From contig DRFJ01000048.1 in the NCBI GenBank assembly GCA_011050615.1, positions 1,216 through 65,215 on the forward strand: 64,000 nucleotides of DNA. The letters run 5' to 3'. A program made the position numbers and the translations under genes. Under the pieces are notes generated by a model, which saw nothing but the letters and a program-made list of their open reading frames with translations, was not told the DNA's origin and did no database searches. Below are positions 9,072 through 17,512 of the stretch, in pieces (position 1 is the stretch's first letter; each line of letters starts with the position of its first letter). The DNA is from Bacteroidota bacterium (lineage in GTDB: Bacteria > Bacteroidota > Bacteroidia > Bacteroidales > VadinHA17).

Positions 9072-10538
9072 TTATTGTTGTTCAAGTATCTTTATAGGTG
9101 TTACTGCTTCCTTCTTTTCAAAATCATAAAGGGTTTGTATTTTGAGATTAAGTAATTCCAGTTTATATGATATTATTGCATTGGTAAGAGACAGTTGTTT
9201 TTCAGATAGCTGGTTCTGGTAGATATTAAGATCCATACCTGTAAGGTCGCCGTTCTCATATTTTTCAAGGTTAAGCTCATAGGTCAGTTGTGCATTTTTG
9301 ACATTCTGCCTTGCTATTTCAATCTGGTTTTTAAGATTGGTCAGATTCCTGTATACTTTTCTTATGTTAATTATTATATTGTTTTCTTCCTCTTCATAGC
9401 CTATCATCTGTGATTCGATTGAAGCTTCGGCGGCTTTTATCCTTGATTTACGCTCACCCCAGTCCCACAGGGGTATGGAAAAAGATACGGATACCTGCTG
9501 GTTGTCGGTTGGACTTGCATATATATCGGTAAAATTTTCATTATCACCGAACAAGCCGACCGAGAGGTTAAGGTCGCCCCGAAATTCATTGAGAGCCTTG
9601 GTTTGTATAAGTGAAAATTCTGTATTCTCAATATCTATTTCCCTTTGCCTGAGTTCCATCCTGTTTGCCAGGCCATGATTAATGGCAAAGGTCACATCAA
9701 CATCAATTGTATCGACAGAAATATCGGGGATAACTATTATATCGTCATACAGGCTCATTCCGATCAGCAATTTGAAATCATCCTTGGCATCTTCGAGGCT
9801 TACCCTCTGGTTGTCAACATCAGAACTTGAGGTCGCGAGGTTGAGCTCAGCCTGGTAAAGTTCTTCCCTGGCTGATAATCCGGCATCAACTTTATTCCTG
9901 ATTATATCATAGCTTTTCGTCATATTCTGATAAGCCTCTTCTGCTATAATAAGGCTTTGCTGCTGCTGGTATACGAGATAGAAATACTGGGCTACCTGTC
10001 TTTCCAGTGAAAGCCTCTGTATGGCATAATTGAGCTGTGAATTTTCAAGAGCCAGTTCCAGTTCGCTTATCTGCAGCTTTGTCCTGTTATATGTAAACAG
10101 GGGCTGGTTTATGTTGAGGGACAGGTTATTACTAAATCCTTTGGTGCGCGAGTCATTATACTCGCTGTAGGAGTTTTGCCACGAAAACCTGTTGTTCAAT
10201 GATATTGTGGCATCAGTGGCAACTATGGGTTGAGATATTCTGAAGGTGCCGAAACTGCGTGTTGTTTCACGGGTATTCCATCTTGAAACAAGATCGTTGA
10301 ATTCCCTGTTGTGGGTATACTCAAAAGGGTTTACCGAAAGAGAGAACTGGGATTTGAGAGCAGCCCTCTGGGCATTGAGGTTTTCCCTGCTTCTGACAAG
10401 ATTAAGCCTTGTTCTCTTTATTGAAGGGCTGTTTTCTTCGGCTATATCCAGTGCCATTTCCAGGGTGAGGCCCTGCTGCGCTGTTACATTAAGAGCAAAA
10501 TTAAGGACTACCGGTAATAATAATATTAACTTCTTCAT
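9072..10538 (-). CDS. TolC-family outer membrane efflux protein
   Basis: 488 aa. Signal peptide MKKLILLLPVVLNFALNVTAQ, then LTLEMALDIAEENSPSIK typical of the OMF N-terminus. Two internal repeats rich in coiled-coil-forming Q/L/N/E. Confidence 0.85.
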   Translation of the reverse strand: MKKLILLLPVVLNFALNVTAQQGLTLEMALDIAEENSPSIKRTRLNLVRSRENLNAQRAALKSQFSLSVNPFEYTHNREFNDLVSRWNTRETTRSFGTFRISQPIVATDATISLNNRFSWQNSYSEYNDSRTKGFSNNLSLNINQPLFTYNRTKLQISELELALENSQLNYAIQRLSLERQVAQYFYLVYQQQQSLIIAEEAYQNMTKSYDIIRNKVDAGLSAREELYQAELNLATSSSDVDNQRVSLEDAKDDFKLLIGMSLYDDIIVIPDISVDTIDVDVTFAINHGLANRMELRQREIDIENTEFSLIQTKALNEFRGDLNLSVGLFGDNENFTDIYASPTDNQQVSVSFSIPLWDWGERKSRIKAAEASIESQMIGYEEEENNIIINIRKVYRNLTNLKNQIEIARQNVKNAQLTYELNLEKYENGDLTGMDLNIYQNQLSEKQLSLTNAIISYKLELLNLKIQTLYDFEKKEAVTPIKILEQQ

Positions 10539-10549
10539 ATAGTATTATA

Positions 10550-13500
10550 TTATTTAAGCGTATTCTGTCTTACCCATTTTACTGCATCTCCGGTAACTGT
10601 TCTTCCTTCTGACTGGTTTGTCATTATCACCCTTGCGGTGTCAGGTGAGAGATAATATGAACCCAGGTGATTCCATCCGTTTTCCGCGTTTTCCCAGTTT
10701 ACTGTCATTTCCTCGCTCCCATCATCATGCTCAACGCTGAAATGCAGGTCCTGCATTACATTCCTGCCTTCCCCGCCCCGCCCCATCATCATTCTTTGTC
10801 CGCCCCGCTTGCCTATAAAAGTATACACATCGTAGTATCCGGGCTCCGGGATACTGGCTGTCCAGCTTATATATCTTTCCCCGCTGCCGGCGCGTGTATA
10901 TACTGCTGACTTGACATATTTACCATAATAAATGCTCTCAACCGTCTTTTGCCAGTATTCCGGTGCCCACCATATGAACATTTCACGGTAATCATTACCA
11001 TTATCACGCCTGATATTCAGCCATTCTTTCAGTTTACCTGATGATGTTTCCTGGTAGATTCTGAATCCCGGATCTTCATTGTCAACAATTATTTCATTTT
11101 CCTCCTCCATGAGAGGTATTTTGTCAAGTATTATTTCCCCTTCGGTATTGTCATCTGTTTTGCCCTGCATAAGATCCATCAGTGGAAACTGCAGCTCACC
11201 GGGATTATTAATTGAAAAGAGTGTATTTACGAACATACCCCGTGGCTGGGCATCAAGTATCACACTTATTCTTTTGGCCTGGTTTGCTTCAAGCTTTACA
11301 ATTTTTTCCACATCATTGGTCTGCATACCCCTGCCTTCCATACCTATTGACATACTACCCCTTCCTGAGGCGCTTATGGTAATTGATACATTGCCCCCCA
11401 TGCCTCGTCCTCCACCTTGTCCCGGCCTACCGGTACGGAAGCCGACATTGAAAATGCCGGGTGTCTTTTCAGGATTGGATGCAGTAAAACTTACTTTGTA
11501 CCTGGTGCGGTTTCCTACAACTATTTCGTTAACTATAATATCAGTAAAAAGAAAACCCGGCTGCCCTTTACCATTATACCATTGATCAAGGTAGCTCTTG
11601 AGGTCGAAGCCGAACCTTTCGCCGAGATCGCTGTTAAATTCATCTATACTGACATTCCTGAATTTTTTCTTTTCGAGGTATGATGAAAACCAGTTGTTAA
11701 ACTCTTCCATCCCGGCCTCCGCACGAAGGAGGTTAAACAGGTAATCACCTTTTAATGTGAGTATAAGTCTTGTAGTGTCTGTCGACGGGTTAAGGGCGAG
11801 TATTTCCTTCAGGCTGTGATCCTTGAGGATGGTATTTGCCCTGTCATTCTCACTGAGTCCTCCCAGAAGCATCCTCTGGAATCCTCTCTGAGGCGTTTCC
11901 ACTTTCTGAAGGTGTGTTTCAAAAACAGCATTGATAACAGGATATTCATCGGAATAGAAATTATTCTTGTAAAAATAGAAACTGGGTCCCAGCAAATATC
12001 TTCCCGGGGTCATAGAAGTGTTTCCCCTGTTAAATCGGAAACCGGAGCTGGTGATGAAGGTATTTCTGACAAAATTATTAAAAGCCCTGACCTGGAGTTC
12101 CCTGTCGGTTATTACCTCGTTATTCCTTTCCATCCTTCTTTTTTGCCTCTTTATTGTACCGTGGAAGCCGGCATCATTTATTGTAGCCAGCTTTTCTGGC
12201 AAGAGTATAAGTGAAGGCTGAACTTCAGCCCTTGTCTGGGTATTTTTTCTTTCTATCGAGTGAAAATAAACCGGCACTTCCACGAGACTCAGGCTGTTAA
12301 AGGGATATTCAGTGCTAAAATTTGTTTCGAGCTCTGTCATAATCCCTGATATGAGGTTACCGAGGGTGTCACTCAGTTCATTCAGATCCTTCCTGAAGTA
12401 GTCGTGTCCCCTGTAGTAATGTGCTATAAAGCCGGTTGAATCAACTGTAATGGTATCGCTGATATAATTACCTTCTATTAGACTGATTCCGGTCAGAGGC
12501 ACCTCATTCTTGAAATACCAGTAATCATTGTCAGATGATCTTACTCCCTGTGATACAGCAACAAGTTTATTGTTTCTGGCAACCTTTAATGTATAATATG
12601 TAAAGTCAATGAGGATCCTTGCCGGATTGCCCGGATAAAAGTTGAGCCCTGCTACGGGGTACCAGTGAGTTTCAGGTGTCAGCAAGAGAAAATTGTCTTT
12701 TTGAATAGCCTGTCTTTTTTCAACCCTGACGGGCCCAATGGTGAACGGATCCTTCTTTATATCTTCCGTATGCCAGGGATAGCAGTAAGCCTCTTCTACC
12801 AGGCCCTCATAGGTGAAACTAATACTTAAAGATGAATCGGGTTCAAGGGCTTTCCCGAGATCAACAATAATTATATGGCCATCGCCTGTAAATGAAGCAG
12901 GCGAACCATTTACGTCAATCTTTCTGACCGCCAGTCCGGGGTTTAATGAAAAGGGAGATTCACTGAGCGGCCTTCCCGTGTTATTTACACAATTTAATGT
13001 TGCCAGGGCAGTGATAGAACGCTTTGAATAATCAATTTCAATATCTGCCTCCGTAACTTTAAGGAAATCGCTGCTTTCGTATTTCCTGTTGGTTTCTGTT
13101 ATGGAAGTTTTAAGGTTTTGGGTCCTGTAATAATCATCCAGGAAATAATATGCTGTGAAAGCGGTAATGGCTAAAAATATAATCAGGGAGACAGAGCTTA
13201 TGATCCTGTGTGTTCTTGATTGTGGCAGCCTTTTAAATATAAGTATTGTTGCGAAAATAAAAACAAGACCCAGGGCTGTATACATAATTCTCTGGGCAAG
13301 AATCAAATCTAAATTACTGAATCCCGTTATATTGCTTTTAAAGACAGGAAATCCAAAGAGCATATAGTCGAAAAATGAATTCATCCTGTTATAGAGATAG
13401 AACATATCAAGTGCCGCAAGGCCCAGCAGCAGGAGGAAGGTGATTGCCTGGTTGCGGATGATGGACATCAATATATAGGCAAAGCCAAGGCTGAAGATCA

Positions 13501-13972
13501 ATGTCGGGATAGTGATTATAAAAATATATTCAATATAAGCAGCTGCATCTATACTTGCCTGTTTAGATATTATGTTAATTATGAGGCAGATGATAAGGAT
13601 TAATATATTTACGCCCAGGAAAAGCCTCAGTATGCCAAGTGATTTTCCGAATATATACTCCATGTTTGACATCGGCCTTGTATAAAGAACCTCATTTGTA
13701 TCCAGCTTTTTATCTCTTTTAAGGAAGTCTGATGCCAGAAATATTACTATAAGAGCCTGGGCAATATTAATTATGTAAAGGTTAAACAGTGGCAGGGATG
13801 AAGGGATGGCAAGGAAGGACCAGTCTTCATCTCCCACGGGGCTGAAAATCCCGATATTCATTATTGAAAGGATAAACAGTGCTCCAAATGAGAACAACCT
13901 GAAAAGCCAGCTGCGGCGTAATGTTTTAGCCTCATAGTGGGCAACAGTTCTGATATTGTGAATGGAAATCAT
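10550..13972 (-). CDS. ABC-2-type permease (about 7 TM) fused to a large periplasmic M1-aminopeptidase-like domain without HExxH and a golvesin-C-terminal-like domain
   Basis: 1140 aa. aa 1-~285 hold about 7 hydrophobic helices. The ectodomain carries M1-like landmarks (THWYPVAG...FTYYTLKVARNNKLVAVSQG; ...SYLDQWYNGKGQPGF). No HE dipeptide occurs anywhere, so no HExxH zinc site. The C-terminus ...ENGWNHLGSYYLSPDTARVIMTNQSEGRTVTGDAVKWV resembles golvesin/Xly C-terminal-like carbohydrate-binding domains. Start codon lies 1 nt after the ATPase stop. Confidence 0.75.
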   Translation of the reverse strand: MISIHNIRTVAHYEAKTLRRSWLFRLFSFGALFILSIMNIGIFSPVGDEDWSFLAIPSSLPLFNLYIINIAQALIVIFLASDFLKRDKKLDTNEVLYTRPMSNMEYIFGKSLGILRLFLGVNILILIICLIINIISKQASIDAAAYIEYIFIITIPTLIFSLGFAYILMSIIRNQAITFLLLLGLAALDMFYLYNRMNSFFDYMLFGFPVFKSNITGFSNLDLILAQRIMYTALGLVFIFATILIFKRLPQSRTHRIISSVSLIIFLAITAFTAYYFLDDYYRTQNLKTSITETNRKYESSDFLKVTEADIEIDYSKRSITALATLNCVNNTGRPLSESPFSLNPGLAVRKIDVNGSPASFTGDGHIIIVDLGKALEPDSSLSISFTYEGLVEEAYCYPWHTEDIKKDPFTIGPVRVEKRQAIQKDNFLLLTPETHWYPVAGLNFYPGNPARILIDFTYYTLKVARNNKLVAVSQGVRSSDNDYWYFKNEVPLTGISLIEGNYISDTITVDSTGFIAHYYRGHDYFRKDLNELSDTLGNLISGIMTELETNFSTEYPFNSLSLVEVPVYFHSIERKNTQTRAEVQPSLILLPEKLATINDAGFHGTIKRQKRRMERNNEVITDRELQVRAFNNFVRNTFITSSGFRFNRGNTSMTPGRYLLGPSFYFYKNNFYSDEYPVINAVFETHLQKVETPQRGFQRMLLGGLSENDRANTILKDHSLKEILALNPSTDTTRLILTLKGDYLFNLLRAEAGMEEFNNWFSSYLEKKKFRNVSIDEFNSDLGERFGFDLKSYLDQWYNGKGQPGFLFTDIIVNEIVVGNRTRYKVSFTASNPEKTPGIFNVGFRTGRPGQGGGRGMGGNVSITISASGRGSMSIGMEGRGMQTNDVEKIVKLEANQAKRISVILDAQPRGMFVNTLFSINNPGELQFPLMDLMQGKTDDNTEGEIILDKIPLMEEENEIIVDNEDPGFRIYQETSSGKLKEWLNIRRDNGNDYREMFIWWAPEYWQKTVESIYYGKYVKSAVYTRAGSGERYISWTASIPEPGYYDVYTFIGKRGGQRMMMGRGGEGRNVMQDLHFSVEHDDGSEEMTVNWENAENGWNHLGSYYLSPDTARVIMTNQSEGRTVTGDAVKWVRQNTLK

Positions 13973-13973
13973 T

Positions 13974-14879
13974 TTATTTAACCTGTACGTTAATGTTTGT
14001 TCCGTTTATCTTATGCTCCATGTAATAAACATAGGCATGTTCCAGGTTGGGCTCAATTTCCTGGCTGTCAAATCCTGACACGTCATCGGCCACTACCTGG
14101 GCATCCCAGCCAATATCACTGGGTATGGATGAGATTATATGGTAAGTGTCTTTAATCCTGTCATATTCTTCCTGGGTCAGTCTCAGGTTAAATACATGAC
14201 CCTCAGCCTGTTTTACCAGTTCGTCAGGTGATCCTGAAAAAACCATTTCACCCATGTTCAAAAGCGCCATTCCCTGGCATGTAGAGGAAATATCTCCTAC
14301 TATATGCGTGGAAAGGATAATTGTAACATCATGTTGACTCAGGTCTGACAGTATATTCCTGAACCGTATTCTTTCATCAGGGTCAAGGCCCGTTGTTGGC
14401 TCATCCACAACTATAATTCTTGGGTCACCTATCAGTGCCTGGGCAATGCCAAGTCTTCTTTTCATCCCTCCTGATAATTTATTTGCCTTCCTGTCCCGTG
14501 CTTCAAGCAGGCCTACCTTGTCAAGAAGCTCATCAACTATGGACAGCCTTTGCTTCCTGTTTTTTATACCAGCCAGCGAGCCTGCATAATCAAGGAATTC
14601 CCATGTTTTTAAACGTGTAAAGAAACGAAAATCCTGGGGGAGGTATCCCAGGTAAGAACGCAGTTTTTTCCTGTTCTTCTGTATGTTTTCTCCATCGACA
14701 AGCACCTCCCCGGAGCTTGGTTTCATAAGGGCGACAAGTACCTTCATGAGGCTGGATTTACCTGCGCCGTTCGGACCCAGCAGACCGAACATCCCTTCTG
14801 CAATTGTCAGATTGATGTTTTTAACAGCGTGATTACCGTTTTTATATATTACATCAAGACCTCTTATCTCGATCTTCAT
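13974..14879 (-). CDS. ABC transporter ATP-binding protein (ABC-2 subfamily type)
   Basis: 301 aa. Walker A GPNGAGKSS, Q-loop YLPQD, signature LSGGMKRR, Walker B IIVVDEPTTGLD, H-loop STHI. C-terminal accessory domain ends in EPNLEHAY. Visibly paralogous to the C-terminal domain of the 1578-aa fusion. Confidence 0.92.
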   Translation of the reverse strand: MKIEIRGLDVIYKNGNHAVKNINLTIAEGMFGLLGPNGAGKSSLMKVLVALMKPSSGEVLVDGENIQKNRKKLRSYLGYLPQDFRFFTRLKTWEFLDYAGSLAGIKNRKQRLSIVDELLDKVGLLEARDRKANKLSGGMKRRLGIAQALIGDPRIIVVDEPTTGLDPDERIRFRNILSDLSQHDVTIILSTHIVGDISSTCQGMALLNMGEMVFSGSPDELVKQAEGHVFNLRLTQEEYDRIKDTYHIISSIPSDIGWDAQVVADDVSGFDSQEIEPNLEHAYVYYMEHKINGTNINVQVK

Positions 14880-15043
14880 TGGATATTAAATTTATGAATG
14901 AAATGCTTTACAATATATTCGACTCCTTAAAGACCTGAAATATTTCAAATAGATGGTAATATTTATATAGATTTTCTGTTTTTAAATATGCTTAACATTT
15001 TGCAATGATTTTAATTATCCTGCAAGGGTGTAAAAGTAATTTC

Positions 15044-15051
15044 TAATTTTG
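15044..15051 (+). promoter_or_regulatory. Candidate Bacteroidota -7 promoter element (TAnnTTTG)
   Basis: TAATTTTG lies 19 nt upstream of the TTG start at 15070. No convincing -33 TTTG at canonical spacing. Confidence 0.3.
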
Positions 15052-15069
15052 TAAAACAAAAGAATAAGG

Positions 15070-16332
15070 TTGGATACGGGAATAAACAAGCTTAAAATAT
15101 TAAACGATCCTGTACACGGGTTCATAAAGATACCCTCGGAATTTATATTTGATCTTCTGGAAGATCCGTGGTTTCAGCGTCTCAGGTTTATCAAACAGCT
15201 GGGTCTTACAGATATGGTATATCCCGGGGCCACCCACAGCAGGTTTCTGCACAGCCTGGGTGCTTTACACCTTATGGGACAAGCTCTGACCACCCTCCGT
15301 AAAAAGAAAGTAGAAATAAGTGATGAAGAATTTGAAGCAGCCCTGATAGCAATACTGTGCCATGACCTTGGACACGGTCCGTTTTCCCATTCTCTTGAAT
15401 TCAATATCTCCGGGAAGATCAGCCATGAAAACATATCTTTGCTGGTAATGAAAATCCTCAACGATAAATATGCAGGAAAGATGGAAATGGCAATTCAGAT
15501 CTTCAGTGGCGAATATCACAAAAAGTTTTTTAATGATCTTATTTCAAGTCAGTTAGATATGGACCGGCTGGATTACCTGCTTCGGGACAGTTTTTATACG
15601 GGTGTGATTGAAGGATCTGTTGGATCGGACAGGATAATAAGTATGCTTAACACTTCGGGCGCCAGGCTTGTTGTAGAGGAAAAAGGAGTATATTCAATAG
15701 AAAAATTTCTTATAGCACGACGGTTTATGTACTGGCAGGTATATATGCATAAAACTGTTCTGGCTGCTGACCAGATGCTGAAAAAAATTCTGAGCAGGGC
15801 AAGATTTCTGATTGATAACGGTGAGTCCGTCAGGTCGACTGTGCCTGTAGACTATTTTATCCGTACAAGGATAGACAATGAAGAAATATTAAAGTTTAAA
15901 AACAGTGAGTTTGCAGAAATGTTTTTTAAACTTGATGATAATGAGCTTATTTCTTCCATAAGGCAATGGGCCGGGAATGGCGACAGGATACTGTCTGACC
16001 TTGCAAAATCATTTCTTTCTCGCAGGCTACCTGCAATAGAACTTTCTGATCAACCTTTCCCGGAAAAATCGATTAATAAAATAAGCGCTTCTTTGAAGGG
16101 GCTGAATGATTTCAGATCGCAGGATACCGGAAGTTATATTTATTCTGGTTGCATATCAAACTTAACCTATGCTCCTGCAGCGCCCAGTATCAAAATACTG
16201 AAGAAGGACGGATCACTTAAGGAGCTTACAGAATTATCAAGTATACTCAGGCATGAGACTTTATCGAAAAGTACCCTAAGGTATTATCTTTGTTATCCGA
16301 AGGATTTAAGGGATAGTGTGGTAAAACAGTAA
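15070..16332 (+). CDS. HD-domain phosphohydrolase (dGTPase/SAMHD1-like family, COG1078-type)
   Basis: 420 aa. N-terminus KILNDPVHGFI, HD motif region RFLHSLG...ILCHDLGHGPFSHSLE, and later LDMDRLDYLLRDS. Only a TTG start is available. Sits upstream of lpxD as in many Bacteroidota. Confidence 0.8.
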   Translation: MDTGINKLKILNDPVHGFIKIPSEFIFDLLEDPWFQRLRFIKQLGLTDMVYPGATHSRFLHSLGALHLMGQALTTLRKKKVEISDEEFEAALIAILCHDLGHGPFSHSLEFNISGKISHENISLLVMKILNDKYAGKMEMAIQIFSGEYHKKFFNDLISSQLDMDRLDYLLRDSFYTGVIEGSVGSDRIISMLNTSGARLVVEEKGVYSIEKFLIARRFMYWQVYMHKTVLAADQMLKKILSRARFLIDNGESVRSTVPVDYFIRTRIDNEEILKFKNSEFAEMFFKLDDNELISSIRQWAGNGDRILSDLAKSFLSRRLPAIELSDQPFPEKSINKISASLKGLNDFRSQDTGSYIYSGCISNLTYAPAAPSIKILKKDGSLKELTELSSILRHETLSKSTLRYYLCYPKDLRDSVVKQ

Positions 16333-16359
16333 TAATTTTCAAAGAGAAAAATATAGAAA

Positions 16360-17397
16360 ATGAAATTTACAACAAAGGAAATTGCACAGTACATTAACGG
16401 GGACATCGAGGGTGACCCCGGGATTATTATTGACTCAGTAGCCCGGATTGAAGAAGGGCATAAGGGAGCTCTCTCCTTTCTTTCAAACATGAACTATGAA
16501 AAATACCTTTATACCACCGGCTCATCTGCAGTTATTGTTAACAGGGATTTCAGGCCGGCTTCACCTGTAAAGGCAACATTGATAAGGGTTGATAATTCAT
16601 ATGAGGCTTTTGCTGCATTGTTAACCGTGTATGAGCAATCAAAACCCAGGAAAAAGGGCATTCATCCCACTGCCGTTATTGAGTCTACGGCCAAACTGGG
16701 AAAAGATGTTTATGTCGGACCTATGGCTTATGTCGGGGAAAATGTAATCCTGGGCGATCGTTGTGCTGTGTATCCACATGCAAGAATAGGTGATAATTGC
16801 AGGCTTGGTAACGATACCATGATTTACCCGGGTGTAACTGTTTACCATGAATGCATTATAGGTAACAATTGCACTGTTCATGCCGGCTCGGTTATAGGAA
16901 GTGACGGCTTTGGCTTTGCTCCGCAATCGGGTGAGAATTATAAAAAAATACCACAGATAGGTAATGTTATTCTTGAAGATAATGTTGAAATAGGTGCCAA
17001 TGTGGTGGTTGACAGGGCAACAATGGGGTCAACGGTAATAAGAAAGGGCGTTAAACTGGATAACCTTATACAGATAGGGCATAATGTAGAAGTGGGTGAG
17101 AATACTGTGATGGCCGGACAGACGGGGATAGCCGGGTCGACAAAAATTGGCAGAAACTGTATGTTCGGAGGACAGGTGGGAATTACAGGGCATGTTAAGA
17201 TAGCAGACGGAACCAAAGCTGCTGCAAAATCAGGTGTGAACTCCAATATACTGAAAGAAAATACTACAGTTTACGGTTCACCTGCATTTGAGTATCGCAA
17301 GGCACAACTGTCCTGGATAATCTTCAGGAGACTGCCTGAGCTGAAACAGCAGGTGGAGAGACTTGAAGAGGAGATTAAAGAGATAAAAAACAGATAA
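16360..17397 (+). CDS. lpxD: UDP-3-O-(3-hydroxyacyl)glucosamine N-acyltransferase
   Basis: 345 aa. N-terminal LpxD domain, a long run of hexapeptide repeats (left-handed beta-helix) and a C-terminal helix. Context lpxD-lpxC/fabZ-lpxA. Confidence 0.92.
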   Translation: MKFTTKEIAQYINGDIEGDPGIIIDSVARIEEGHKGALSFLSNMNYEKYLYTTGSSAVIVNRDFRPASPVKATLIRVDNSYEAFAALLTVYEQSKPRKKGIHPTAVIESTAKLGKDVYVGPMAYVGENVILGDRCAVYPHARIGDNCRLGNDTMIYPGVTVYHECIIGNNCTVHAGSVIGSDGFGFAPQSGENYKKIPQIGNVILEDNVEIGANVVVDRATMGSTVIRKGVKLDNLIQIGHNVEVGENTVMAGQTGIAGSTKIGRNCMFGGQVGITGHVKIADGTKAAAKSGVNSNILKENTTVYGSPAFEYRKAQLSWIIFRRLPELKQQVERLEEEIKEIKNR

Positions 17398-17512
17398 TCA
17401 GAATCGTTCCAAACGAATTTGTTTGATATAAACCAGGTTGGAAAGGTTTTTTATAGTACGTTCGAAAAAAAATTCATTTCTTTGCATGCAATATAAATAA
17501 TTAGAGACTTAA

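Noticed and set aside
15070-16332. HD-domain dNTPase-like protein as a possible anti-phage nucleotide-depletion defence gene.
   Set aside because: It sits in the conserved housekeeping position upstream of lpxD, with no defence-island neighbours. It is most likely the ordinary COG1078-type HD hydrolase.
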